Assembly: GCA_030390025.1 (NCBI GenBank)
Contig: CM059446.1
Location: 11,222,001-11,286,000 of the forward strand
DNA length: 64,000 nt
Direction of reading: 5' to 3'
Origin: Squalus acanthias
Taxonomy: Eukaryota
Below, one piece after another: positions 24,631 to 37,312 of the stretch. Below the pieces are notes generated by a model, which worked only from the letters and a program-made list of their open reading frames with translations, ran no database searches and had not been told where the DNA came from. The translations under genes and the position numbers were made by a program. Position 1 is the stretch's first letter. The number at the start of each line of letters is the position of its first letter.

Positions 24631-25809
24631 TCCGGGGGCACATGTGAAGAACGGCCATTGAGGGCAAGTTAGTGGCGCTCACTGAACGGCACCGAGTACG
24701 AATCAAAAACCGTCGTAAAATAAGGGAAGAAATCGCTGGATAAAAAAATACGAGTAACTGTCTTAAAGTGCGCCAAGTAATTATCAGAGCAGCGCTGACC
24801 CTTAATTCATACCAGGTGCACTGGGGCAGAGCAAGAAAAGGCATGTTTTTTTTTTAAAGCCTCAGCTACTAATTCCAGACTTGACTGAACGTCTTTCCTT
24901 TGTGATTCATTTCTTTTCCCTGGTTTCTCCCCCAGACCGAGCTTCCCTGACCAAAAAAGTAAAAGAAGTGCTCGTAGTCAGAAGTGCTCTCAGCAGGACT
25001 TCACTGTTCTCGTGTTACGAGCTGATCCAGGTACACGTTGGGAAATTTGCCGGGAAGACGCTTGCGCTGAAGTGGGACGGGCCGGTGATTGGCAGCGCCG
25101 TAAATTCTGAAGGAATTTCGTTTGGCAGCTGCGAGTCAGACACCTCGTTTGGAAAATTATTAATAATCTGCTCTATTGAAGTAAAACCCTGGGCCGTCTT
25201 ATTTTCAACGTGTATGAATGGACTATTGACATATTTGGAGGCTTTTATTACAGGCTGCGAGCTGTTAATGGGTGATTCATGGTACAGGCTGCAGAACAAA
25301 TGGGTGTAAGGTAACTTCAGGCCACGGAGGTGCACAGCTGTTGAAAGCTCCTTTGTAAAAACCGATTTATAACGCCTTCCTCTTAATAAGAGCTCTCCTG
25401 CTGATTGGTGGGCAAATCCACTGTCCAGTGTGACAGTAAGCCAGGGCGATCCCAAGTCTCTTGATTCCTGGTTGGTGCTGAGTTAGCTATTGGAGGTGGC
25501 AGTGCTTCGACAATTGCGCTCAGTTCCCTCAGCTATGGAGTGCGGGGAGGATTAAACATAAACCAAAAGGACCGGGGGGGGGGGGGGGGTGGGTTGGGGG
25601 GGGTGTTCCCACTGGTGACGCCTCTGCAGTCTGTTAGCAAGTGCACGTGTGGGTAGACGTTGGGTAGGACAGGGACTGGGTGTGTCTGTGACACACCCCA
25701 TGGTGAAATAGCTGGCCGACACTTTAGTCAGCTGGGTGCCTGACATATGGGGAAACCCGTCAACATGTTGAACAGCCTCTGTACCAAGCTACGGAGAAAA
25801 CCACACCCT

Positions 25810-26695
25810 TACTGAGATCTCTGCGCTCCTCCAATTCTGGTCTCTTGGGCATCCCCGATTTTAATCGCTCCACCATTGGCGGCCGTGCCTTCAGCTGCCG
25901 AGGCCCTCAGCTCTGGAATTGCCTCCCTAAACGTCTCCCCCTCTCTCTTCTCCTTTAAGACGCTCCTTAATGTGTCACATTTGACCCTGAAATGAGCTTC
26001 CGACCACATATCAGCAGCATAACTAAGACCGCCTATTTCCACCTCCGTAACATCGCCCGTCTCCGCCCCTGCCTCAGCTCATCCGCTGCTGAAACCCTCA
26101 TCCATGCCTTTGTTACCTCTAGACTTGACTATTCCAACGCACTCCTGGCTGGCCTCCCACATTCTACCCTACGCAAACTTGAGGTCATCCAAAACTCGGT
26201 TGCCCGTGTCCTAACTCGCACCAAGTCCTGTTCGCCCATCACCCCCTGTGCTCGCTGACCTACATTGGCTCCCGGTTAAGCAACGCCTCGATTTCAAAAT
26301 TCTCATCCTTGTTTTCAAATCCCTCCATGGCCTCGCCCCCTCCCTATCTCTGTAATCTCCTTCAGCCCCACAACCCCCTGAGATATCTGCGCTCCTCTAA
26401 TTCTGCCCTCTTGAGCATCCTTGATTATAATCGCTCAACCATTGGCGGCCGTGCCTTCTGTTGCCTGGGCCCTAAGCTCTGGAATTCCCTGCCTAAACCT
26501 CTCCGCCTCGCTCCCTCTCTTTCCTCCTTTAAGACGCTCCTTAAAACCTACCTCTTCGACCAAGCTTTTGGTCACCTGCCCTAATTTCTCCTTATGTGGC
26601 TCGGTGTCAAACTTTTTGTCTTAAAATACTCCTGTGCAGCGCCTTGGGACATTTTACTACGTTAAAAGCGCTATATAAATACAAGTTGTTGTTGG
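25810..26695 (+). mobile_element. Two adjacent L2 3' fragments (25810-25970 and 25975-26695)
   Basis: TAYFHLRNIARLRPCLS..AETLIHAFVTSRLDYSNALLAGLP; GPKLWNSLP; (TTG)n tail. Confidence 0.9.
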
Positions 26696-27149
26696 TGTAA
26701 TACCTACCTCCCTGTCCTAATATTCTTTACACACGAATGATTGTTTTGACCATAAAATCCAGAAAAGTTAGGGCTGCAACCCGTCAGATTTTAGATCAGT
26801 TTTGACTGGGCTATCTGCGAAATTTATAAAACTTAGTAAACAGGACACCAAAAGTTTAATTTAAAAAAAAATTTAAGTAAATTTTTCCCCCACTTACTTG
26901 TGTCCAAGGATGTCGAGGCATCAGTTTACCAAGGTTATCAATTCATTTTCATTAGCAGCGTAGCGAGACTTAGAATCCAAACCAGCATCCCACACCCATA
27001 TCCTGCCCTTTGTCTGGTCCTGAACAAAGGAGAAAGTGATAACTGTGAAAAAAACAGCCATCAGAGATAACCACGGAATGAGAAATGCTCCACTTTGAAT
27101 GCTTGTCGCAATCCATTTTCCCAAGTCATTCTGACACACGTTTTACATT

Positions 27150-27860
27150 TAAAAAAGAAAGACTTGCATTCTATCGCGCCTTTCACGACCACCGGACGTC
27201 TCAAAGCGCTTTACAGCCAATGAAGAACTTTTTGAAGTGGAGTCACTGTTATAATGTGGGAAACGCGGCAGCCAATTTGCGCACAGCAAGCTCCCACAAA
27301 CAGCAATGTGATAAATGACCAGATAATCTGTTTTTTTGTTATAACAGCAGAAAACGCTGGAAAAACTCAGCAGGCCAGGCAGCATCCGTGGAGAGAGAAA
27401 CAGAGTTAACGTTTCAGGTCGAAGACCCTTCGTCAGAACTGGAAAAAGGCAGGAAGTGAAAAATAGATTTAAAGCAAGTATAATGCTGGGAAAAGGGGGA
27501 GGGGATGAAAGAACAAAAGGGAAGGTCAGTGGTAGTATAGAAGGCAGGAGAGATTAAGAGACATTGAGAGACAATAAGAGATATTTTGTTATGTTGATTG
27601 AGGGATAAATATTGGCCTCAGGACACCGGGGAGAACTCCCCTGCTCTTCTTTGAAATAGTGCCGTGGGATCTTTTACTTCCACCTGAGAGAGCAGACGGT
27701 GGCCTCGGTTTAATGCTTCATCCGAAAGACGGCACCTCCGACAGTGCAGCACTCCCTCAGTACTGCACTGGAGTGTCAGCCTAGCTTTATGTGCTCATGT
27801 CCCTGGAGTGGGACTTGAACCCACGACCTTCTGTTAAAGCTAGGCTGACACTCCAGTGCA
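27150..27860 (-). mobile_element. Deu-domain SINE with a nested Penelope fragment and a short terminal inversion
   Basis: Deu consensus on both sides of 27343-27583; B-box reverse complement GGGACTTGAACCC at about 27810. Confidence 0.85.
27343..27583 (-). mobile_element. Penelope-like family A pLTR fragment
   Basis: TSD TTTTGTTAT (27334-27342, 27584-27592); hammerhead motif on the minus strand at about 27404-27441. Confidence 0.85.
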
Positions 27861-28034
27861 ATTTGTGCAGTTTCTTTTGCCTTTGTTGAGTATGACGGCG
27901 GGTCTCTCATACCCTTTCCAATAAGCTCCTACGGGGAAACTTGTACAACACCCTCTTAGTGCTCAGGATTTGAACTGTGGAACGTATTTGTTTTTTCTTT
28001 AATAGCATAGCAGGCATGTCTTGAGTCAAATCAT

Positions 28035-29112
28035 GGGGGCTGAATTTGCGGTCGGCCGTTTGGCGGAGGCTTGCCTCCGTACGGCAAAAAATCTACCCAC
28101 CTACCTGATAGTCCTGGGTCCACGGAGACTCGCGCTCCTGGGCCTCTCTGCGTAGACATGCATAGAGACCCACGTACCCCAGAGGCGCAGGCGCCCCTGG
28201 GATCACGCGGGCTGGCCCAACCAATGAAAGAAGGGGGATCCCCATTCATGCTTATGGGGATTCTGTATGCGCGGAACCTCCCTAAGCATGAATGGGGATC
28301 ACATAAAAAGCACATTAACAGAACAAATAAATGTAAAAAAATGACATAGAGTCATAACGGCACAGAAGGAGGCCATTCGGCCCGTCGAGTCCGTGCCGGC
28401 GCTCTGTAGAGCAATCCAGTCAGTCCCATTCCCCCGCTCTATCCCTGTAGCCCTGCAAGTTTATGTCCCTCGAGTGCCTATCCAGTCTCCCCTTGAAAAC
28501 ATTGAGTGTCTCCGCTTCCACCACTTCCGTCAGCAGCGTTAAAAAAGTTTTTCCTCACGTCCCCCCTGTATCTCTTGTCCAAAACCTTAAATTTGTGTCC
28601 CCTAGTCCTTGTCCCATCAACTAGTGGGAACAGCCTTTCCCCTGTCTAGCCAATCCAAACCCGCCATAATATTGTACACCTCTATCAAATCACCCCTCAA
28701 CATATTTAAAATTAATTAAAATACAATTTAATTAAACATTTAATTAAATTTTTGGAAAAATAAATGTAAACGTTTTAAAGGTGCTAAAAATATCCTCTAG
28801 CTAATTTTACAGTTTTTTTTACGTTTAAAGAATGGAAAAAATTATTTTTATGTTTATTTAAACTCTTACGCTGGTAAAAGCAAGCCTTACGCCTGCTTTT
28901 ACCAGGCGTAAGAATTTCACGGGCATTCGCTGGGCAGAAGTTGGGCAAATAGCGCAACTCTCCGCCGGCGGAAGCCCTTTTCCCGGGGATGCGGATGATC
29001 TGTCAAGAAGATTCTCGACAGGTCGCAAGTTCTGGGTTTTCGCGCACCAAAACCTGGAACTTGCACGGCCCATACAGGCGCGTTCGCACCCGCAGGGGCC
29101 GCAAAATACGGG
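28035..29112. mobile_element. GC-rich Harbinger-like MITE containing a CR1 3' end
   Basis: Left GGGGGCTGAATTTGCGGTC and right GGCCGCAAAATACGGG (imperfect TIR, TSD not seen); minus-strand CR1 at about 28348-28700 flanked by ACATA. Confidence 0.55.
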
Positions 29113-29184
29113 ATTTGGTCACATTCGCATGTTAGGGTCAAAGAGCAACTGATTCATTTCACTGGAAATATTTGTGGCGATGTT

Positions 29185-29332
29185 CAATGTACCCTCTCAT
29201 TTTTTTTTTAGTGTGCGGTCCCTTTAACGGGGTCTGCAGCCCATTCAAATTCTCACGCAAGCGCGGTTTCTTCGCTGTGGAAGCCGGTGAGCGGCCTGCG
29301 CGGGGACCTCCAGACCACCAGCAGCAACGTTG
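29185..29332. mobile_element. hAT-like MITE
   Basis: 8-bp TSD GCGATGTT/GTGATGTT (29177-29184, 29333-29340); body is a reverse-complement homolog of 38227-38457. Confidence 0.7.
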
Positions 29333-29534
29333 GTGATGTTGCAATGCAACTCTTCCAAAAATAGATCTACACCCCTGACCAAGAATTCTTCCTCGCCTCA
29401 GCTTCAGGGCTGATTGCCCATGGCTGGGCCCCAACCTCCCCACTCGCCTCTCCGCCCCCCCCTAGACTACACAAAACCTCCTTTCCGGGCTCTCCCCCCA
29501 CACGGCGGCGTTCCACACGGCCTCAACGCTCAGA

Positions 29535-30007
29535 GGGGATCATTTTAACTTTCTCCGATGGCGGAAAATGGGCAATATCGGATTGGACGCCGATTACACA
29601 ATCTACCCGATTCTCCTTTTGATCGACTTGAACGTGCGGGGGTGCAGAACGGGCGGCCTATCCGATGTAGCCCGTCATCGCTGCAGTCCTCCAACCTCTG
29701 GCCTCCTGCGCATCCCCGATATTCATCGCTCCACCAGTGGCGGCCGTGCCTTCGGCTGCCGGGGCCCTAAACTGTGGAATTCCCTCGCTGAACCTCTCCG
29801 CCTCATTCTCCTCCTCTAAGACGCTGCTTAAAACCTGCCTCTTTGACCAAGCTTTTGGTCACCTGTCCTAATATCTCCTTATGTGGCTCGGTGTCAAATT
29901 TTGTCTGATTACACTCCTGTGAAGCGCCTTGGGACGTTTTACTACATTAAAGGCGCTATATAAATGCAAGCTGTTATATTCCATCGACGTAAGTTAAAAT
30001 GACCCCC
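29535..30007. mobile_element. Harbinger-like MITE with a nested plus-strand L2 3' end (about 29685-29975)
   Basis: TIR GGGGATCATTTTAACTT / AAGTTAAAATGACCCCC (16/17 match). Confidence 0.7.
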
Positions 30008-30524
30008 AGTGTCTTTTCTAATGTGACTTACAAATCATTCAGGAAACCTTCAGTGCAACAGGAAAAAGTAAGATACAAAATTCACTACAAGTATAAAAAT
30101 ACACAGTATATAAATGTACTCTGTACAAATGATATCAAATAAATCCTAATCCTAACAGTGAAATATTTATTTCCTTGCAGTTGTTTATCCCAAGCTTTCA
30201 AAATTCAAAAATACCAAACTGTTTGCTATTACAATTTCTTTATAATTCCATGTCTGTTGCCTACTTTATCAGAAGATTGGAATAAAGGGAAGACTCAGTT
30301 GTTAGGCTGACACTCCAGTGCAGTCCAGAGCATGGAGTGCTGCATTGTCAGAGGCGCTGTCCTTCAGAGATTTTAACTGGAGGGCTTGCCTGCGTGTACT
30401 AATTGTTCAGCTCAATGTTAAAGATCCCAGGATAGCATTTGAAGACAGGATGTTCTCCGGGTGTCCTGGTCAATATTCCTCCTTCAACTAATTGCACCAA
30501 AAATAGATGACCTGATCATCCATC

Positions 30525-32090
30525 TCATTGCCTCAATTTAAAAACTCTTCTAGTTGTTTTCGAATCCCTCCATGGCCTCGCCCCTCCCTATCTCTGCAAC
30601 CTCCTCCAGCACTAGGGGACACAGATTTAAGGTTTTGGGCAAGAGATACAGGGGGGGGTGGGGGGGATGTGAGGAAAAACCTTTTTTACACAGCGAGTGG
30701 TGAGGAGCTGGAACTCGCTGCCGACGGAATTGGTGGAAACGGACACACTCAATGTTTTCAAGGGGAGACTGGATAGGCACTTGAGGGAAATAAACTTGCA
30801 GGGCTACGGGGATAGAGCGGGGGAATGGGACTGACTGGATTGCTCTACAGAGAGCCGGCACGGACTCGATGGGCCAATTGGCCTCCTTCTGTGCTGTTAC
30901 GACTCTATGGGGGAGAAATTCGGTATCGGCCCGTTTGGGGCGCAATTATCGGCTGGGCGCAAAGTTTAGCGCCTGGCGCTAATTATCGCCTCCGACTGCA
31001 AACTTGGCTTCCATCACCCCTGGAGGTGATTGGAGCGCTAAATCAGGCGCTACACACCTGTCTTAAGGCGCTAATGCCGAGGAGCGAGGCGTTACCTCAG
31101 AGCGCTGGCGAAGCTCATGTGATGTCAGTCAGCAATGGAACACACAATCAATGGCACTGGCCAGTTCTTAAAGGGGAGGGTCGATCTTGCTCTCCATCCA
31201 CACCCTACTCATTGCAGCCTTGAATCTCGGCCTGGAGAGACCGGTACATCAAATCTGCTGGAAAGAACAATGGAGAGACCCAGGGAAAGAGCTCAGAGTG
31301 CAGCCCCCTGAGTCTCTTCTAAATCGATGTAAGGAAGGTCAAATCAAAATGAACCTGCAAAGTGCTGCTCAGTACCCAAAACTCCTTCACACAACGTTGA
31401 ATCTCTCCAGAAGTCTCTCTCTCTCTCTCAGAATGTGTGGTGCAAAAATGTCGCCGACAAAAAAAGGCAGGAAGCGGTCGCCTTTAAATAGCGCTCCCCC
31501 AGTCCCTTCCCGACTGCAAAACGCTCCCCTCAACCTGTCGTTGCTAGTGGCAGGCGGTAAGGCAGGGGGCGCCACTCAATATCCAGTCCGGGGCGCTACC
31601 GGGGTGTTGCACGCTCGACTGACGTCACGATCTGCGGGTGCAGGAGATCGTGGCGGTAGTGTTTAGCGCCGCCGCAAAATGTCTGGTCAATTTCGCGAGC
31701 GGTGCAAACAAGGAGGCGCAAAGCAACCAAATTTTTCCCCCTATGACTCTAAAGACTATGACACTACAACCCTGCGAGATCTCTGCACTCCTCCAATTCT
31801 GGCCTCCCACGCATCCCCTATTTTAATCGCTCCACCATTGGCGGCCGCGCTTTCAGCTGCCTGGGGCCCTAAGCTCCGGAATTCCCTCCCTAAACCTCTC
31901 AGGCCTCACCACCTCGTTAAGACGCTGCTTAAAACCGACCTCTTTGACCAAGCGTTTGGTCGGTCACCTGCCCTAATAGCTCCTTCTGTGGCTCGGTATC
32001 AAATTTTGTTTTCTGACGCTCCTGTGAAGCGCCTTGGGACGTTTTACTGCGTTAAAGGTGCTATATAAATGCAAGCTGTTGTTGTTGCTG
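30525..32090 (+). mobile_element. L2 3' fragment hosting a CR1 (about 30614-31761) that in turn hosts a MITE
   Basis: L2 ...CTCCAGCACTA | CAACCCTGCGAGATCTCTGC rejoined across the insert, with CACTA duplicated. Confidence 0.85.
30909..31741. mobile_element. PIF/Harbinger-like MITE
   Basis: TIR GGGGGAGAAATT / AATTTTTCCCCC; 3-bp TSD TAT inside the CR1 (GACTCTAT)n tail. Confidence 0.85.
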
Positions 32091-34134
32091 TTTGTGGGAC
32101 AGCGCAGGTACATCTGCCGACAGAAGTCGCCCCGCTTCAAAATAAATCATGGAGCGCTCTATAAAAACCACAAGGCTTTTTTTTTCTCCTTTCCACACAA
32201 TTCTGTCTCGGGTTTTAGAATATCAGTGGGAGAGAAACACTTTGGCACACGGCAGGGTAGACAACATCGCCTGTGTTGTGAAGGCTGGAAAGGACACTGA
32301 AAGGGTGAAAGCTTTTGTTCTCACCTCGGCGAAGACTGATGTTTGAAGCAGTAATTAGGATGGCGAGGGCCAAGGGTTAATGCATGTAAAATGCCTGCAG
32401 AATGGTTGGAAATGCAACGGAGACAAGCAAATCACAGGAGTGGAGAAGCTGGCTGGAAATGAAGCTTAGTCAAGTTCAAACTCTCCCAGTACGGTACAAT
32501 TTTAAATTGCATTTATAATGCAGAATCATCCCCCCCACCCACACACACACTCTCCAATATGTTGGACCATCAGTCGTTTTGGTTGGGCGGGGGAGGTCAC
32601 AACATTTTCTGCTGCGGTTCTATTGAATGCCTGACCGCCAGGGCTTGCATGGCTGTCAGAAGCAGCAGACAGTAAGCCCTCCAGCGATGCACACTGCTTA
32701 TTTTCCAACTCGCAAGCAATAAAATTGACGCGAAGGTGACAATGCACAGTGTTTACGGATTAATAAATACGCAGGGCCAAAAAAAACAAACTGCTCGCTC
32801 CCGATCCAGAATTCCGAAGGAGCAAACCGTTTTGCATTATAACTCGGATTGTCTTGCTCCTGATTTCAAAACATTGCAGGAAGAAAATGTCACCGGTGTG
32901 GCGGGGTCATCGACGCGCTTTGCAACACAGACACACAGTCAAAGGACATGATTGGGAGAGTCACTGAGGCAGCTGTAAGACCTCACTGTGGCAAAACACA
33001 GGCTTATATCTGTAAACACTTAAAATCAAGTCTAAAAATAGCTGAAAATTGGAATAAATATTGAGGGTCTATTTTAAGATGAATACACCAGAAACGCAAG
33101 AGATGCTCCAATGCTTGCTGCCTGTTGCGGCCATATCAAAAAAACTAATTATAAGGAAGTGTAAACCGAAGGCTGTAAATCCCATTGATCAAATGCTAAA
33201 CAAACATTAGTAATAATGCAGTGTTGATACATTTACAGTCTGGCCTTTTTCTTAAACCTGCAGTTTCCATAAACAACTGTCTTATGAGATGAGACTAGCA
33301 TCTTAATTCTCTGCTGTGTCTGGGTTAACGTACCTCACTCAGGTCGATTCAATTGATCCCCAATTTCAGCAATTCAGAACGGAAGGGTGCACACCCACAA
33401 CGTCGCAATCTGTCTTTTCCGACATTCTTACACGTTTCCTACATTACAACAGTGACTACACTTCAAAAATACTTTGTTGGCCTTAAAGCGCTTTGGGATG
33501 TGGAAGGTGCTATATAAATGCAAATCTTTCTTTTCTTTTTTTTACAAATATTGACTGGTCTGTGAGTGTGTTACCAGCATTTTCTGTTTTTATTTCTAAC
33601 ATCTGCAGTTTTTCATTTTTATTTGACTGCATCCATTCAGGTTTGAGTTTTGTGCTGAGCTGTATCCTGCTGCTCTTTTTGCTTTGTATATAATTTTACG
33701 TGCAAATAAATCTGGAGAGATCGTCTTAGCCTGCACACCATGGTTTAGTAGTGTGGTTTTTTTTGCACCTCTGATAACATGGTGGGCCTCCTATGTATCT
33801 GTCTGTAAATGATTTACTGTTACGGGTTACATGCTTCCAGTGAGTTAACAAAGGAAAAGGACATTTTAGAGAGAGTTATCACCTGATGGAGTCAATAAAG
33901 TGGTCCTGTGGGGAACCCTCATGAACTCAACAGACGGACTGTATTCTGGGTAGCCCAACATAGCCCAACATCCATCTGAGACGGAGGTACCACTGAGTAA
34001 GGTGACGAGCATATTTGCAATGTGGCCAGCCATGTGCATTGGCCCTCTACCTACCAATGTTACAACAGAGCAGAGAACCTGGCCCAAACCCCATATAAAC
34101 ACAGCTGGCTGAAGCTATGTGGTGGGGGTGGGGA

Positions 34135-35232
34135 GGGTGAATTTTAATGGGGAGTGGGTTTCAGGTGGGGCGAGTGTCAAACTGGCCTGATACCATCATA
34201 AGAACATAAGAAATAGGAGCAGGAATAGGCCACTTGGCCCCTCGAGCCTGCTCCGCCATTCAATAAGATCATGGCTGATCTTGGGCTCAAAGCCACTTCC
34301 CCGCCCGCTCCCCATAACCCTTCACTCCCTTATCTTGTAAAAATCTGTCAATCTCCACCTTAAATGTATTTAATGACCCAGCCTCCACAGCTCTCTGGGG
34401 CAGAGAATTCCACAGATTTACGACCCTCTGAGAGAAGAAATTCCTCCTCATCTCAGTTCTAAAAGGGCGACCCTTTATTCTGAAACTGTGCCCCCGAGTT
34501 CCAGATTTCCCCACGAGGGGAAACATCCTCTCTGCATCTACCTTGTCGAGCCCCCCTCAGTATCTTAATGTTTCAATAAGATCACCTCTCACTCTCCTAA
34601 ATTCCAATGAGTAGAGGCCCAACCTGCTCAACCTTTCTTCCTAAGTCAGCCCCCTCGTCTCAGGAATCAACCGAGTGAATCGTCCCTGAACTTTCAGGCC
34701 CGCGATATCTTAAACTCTCGGGCCCCGTTTGCATGGCGATGGCCAGCTGCCCACCTGACAAGGGCAGAAAGAGGCAGCCTGTCAGCATCGGGCAGGTTAA
34801 AATCACAGGGGGCCTGGAGGCCGCTCACTTGCACCAAGGTGAGTAGTGGGGAGAGGAAACTGGGCGGCATTTCACAGGTGGGGGGGGGCGGTGCTCGGAA
34901 CAGCAGTGGCCCAGACTTTCATTGTGGGTCCTGGAGAAGTACCTCTACTCCTCCTGGCCCCAATAAGGAAAGTTCTTGACTTACCTTAAAGAGGGCCGCC
35001 TCTTCTCCCACGCCAGGCTTTACTGAGAGGGGTGCCTGCCATGGCGCCCCTCCACAGTAGGCTGTTCAAATCGGGGTCATAATATGTCATTATTAAGGAC
35101 GGTGCGGTGGCCAACCAAAAAAGATGGCAGCACATGGGAGTTGAGCGTGAAGGGGGCTGTGAGTCTTTGCACAGCTATTTTAACTGCACGTCTGCTTGTT
35201 CCTGCCAGGCGAGGTGGATTAAAATTCCACCC
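34135..35232. mobile_element. Old Harbinger-like MITE with a nested minus-strand CR1 (about 34197-34692)
   Basis: GGGTGAATTTTAAT ... ATTAAAATTCCACCC; CR1 ORF MFPLVGKSGTRGHSFRIKG..LWNSLPQ. Confidence 0.6.
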
Positions 35233-35482
35233 CCCCCCCCCCACCCCCTGCTCTTTTTTTAGATTTACTTGAATTTAAACTTGCCCCCTTTTCCTCCTCT
35301 CCGAAACACCGTCCTGAGGTACGGTTCCACGGGTGTTGGTCACCTTGATACTTTGGTCAAGTGGCCTTTCTTCCCATGTCAGCAAGGGTGGCGAGCGTTG
35401 GAAGCCAATTCAACGGCAGAGGGCACCGCTGCCGCGCCCGAGACGGGTCTGAATCCAGTGTTCACACGCATTGGCAAATGAA

Positions 35483-37312
35483 GCAGAGGTGACATGAGGA
35501 AAAACTTTTTCACGCAATGAGTGGTTAGTATTTGGAATGCGCTGCCTGGGAGGAAACAGATTCGATAGTAGCTTTCAAAAGGGAATCGGATAAATACTTC
35601 ATAGATCCCGACAACTCTCCGAGTGAAAACATTTCTCCTCGTCTCCCCTCCAGATCTTTTTCCAATGATTTGGAATCTGTGACTCTAGTTATTGACCCAC
35701 TCACCAGAGGGAATATTTTTTCCCTATTTTACTCTATCAAAACCTCTCATCATCTTGAAAACCTCTATTGGGTCACCTCTTAACCTTCCCTGTTCCAAAG
35801 AGAACAATCCTGACTTTTCCAACCTCTCCTCATAACTGAAGTCCTTCATCCCTGGTAACATCCTGGGAAACCTCCTCTGGACACTTTCTAATGCCTTGAA
35901 TTGGGATTGGGGGTAATATTCTGGCATGGATAGAGGATTGGCTATCTAACAGAAAGCAAAGAGTTGGGATAAATGGTTCATTCTCAGACTGGCAATCAGT
36001 AACTAGTGGTGTTCCACAGGGGTCAGTGCTGGGTCCCCAACTCTTCACAATCTATATTAACGATTTGGAGGAAGGGACCAAGTGTAACATATCAAAATTT
36101 GCAGATGATACAAAGATGGGAGGGAAAGTAGTGAGTGAGGAGGACATAAAAAACCTGCAAGGGGACATAGACAGGCTAAGTAAGTGGGCAGAGATTTGGC
36201 AGATGGAATACAACACTGGAAAGTGTGAGGTGATGCACTTTGGCAGGAAAAATCCTAGAGCAATTTATTATCTTAATGGCAAGAAACTGGAGAGTACTGA
36301 AGTGCAAAGGGATCTGGGGGTCCTGGTGCACGAAACTCAAAAGGTTAGTATGCAGGTGCAGCAAGTGATTAAGAAGGCAAATGGAATGTTGGCTTTCATT
36401 GCTAGGGGGATAGAATATAAAAATAGGGAGGTATTGCTTCAGTTGTACAAGGTATTGGTGAGACCGCACCTGGAATACTGCATACAGTTTTGGTGTCCTT
36501 ACTTAAGGAAAGACATCCTTGCTCTCGAGGCAGTGCAAAAAAGGTTCACTCGGTTAATCCCGGGGATGAGGGGGCGGTCATATGAGGAGAGGTTGGGTAG
36601 ATTGGGACTCTACTCATTGGAGTTCAGAAGAATGAGAGGCGATCTTATTGAAACATATAAGATTGTGAAGGGGTTGGATCGGGTGGATGCGGGGAGGATG
36701 TTCCCGATGACGGGTGAGACGAGAACTAGGGGACATAGTCTTAGAATAAGGGGCTGCTCTTTCAAAACTGAGATGAGGAGGAACTACTTCACTCAGAGGG
36801 TGGTAGGTCCATGGAATATGCTGCCACAAAAAGCTGTAGAAGCTACAACATTAATTAAATTTAAAACAGAAATAGACAGTTTCCTAGAAGTAAAGGGCAT
36901 TAAGGGTTACGGGGAGCGGGCAGGAATTTGGACATGAGTCTAGGTTCGGATCGGTCATGGCCCTGTGGGTAGTGGAGCGGGCCCAGGGACTGTGTAGCCT
37001 GATTCTGCTCCTATTTCGTGTGTGCAATTCTGTTAGATGCAGGAGATGGTTCTGTGATAGATAGTAGATTGGCGGTTAGGATCAGATCAGCCATGATCTT
37101 ATTGAATGGCGGAGCAGGCTCGAGGGGCCGATTGGCCTACTCCTGCGCCTATTTCTTATGTTCTTATGTTCTTATGTTGAAGGAGAAAAAATTGCAGGGA
37201 TATGGGGAAAGAGCGGGAGGTGTGGGACTAACTGGATTGCTCTTCGAAAGAGTCAGCGCAGACTCGATGGGCCGAATGGTCTCCTTCTGTGCTGTACTAT
37301 TCTATGATTCTG
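35483..37312 (+). mobile_element. CR1 3' end interrupted by a composite CR1 insert
   Basis: GGATAAATACTT (ends 35599) continues as TGAAGGAGAAAAAATTGCAGGG (from 37178), contiguous in the intact copy at 49186-49222. Confidence 0.8.
36026..36937 (+). pseudogene. CR1 ORF2 reverse transcriptase fragment (element about 35900-37176)
   Basis: LGPQLFTIYINDL..KFADDTK..RPHLEYC.QFW..LYSLEFRRMRGDLIETYK; 303 aa open. Confidence 0.9.

Noticed and set aside
24881-25455. 142-aa and 146-aa ORFs as coding exons
   Set aside because: No recognisable protein similarity; antisense overlap; treated as a candidate non-coding element instead.
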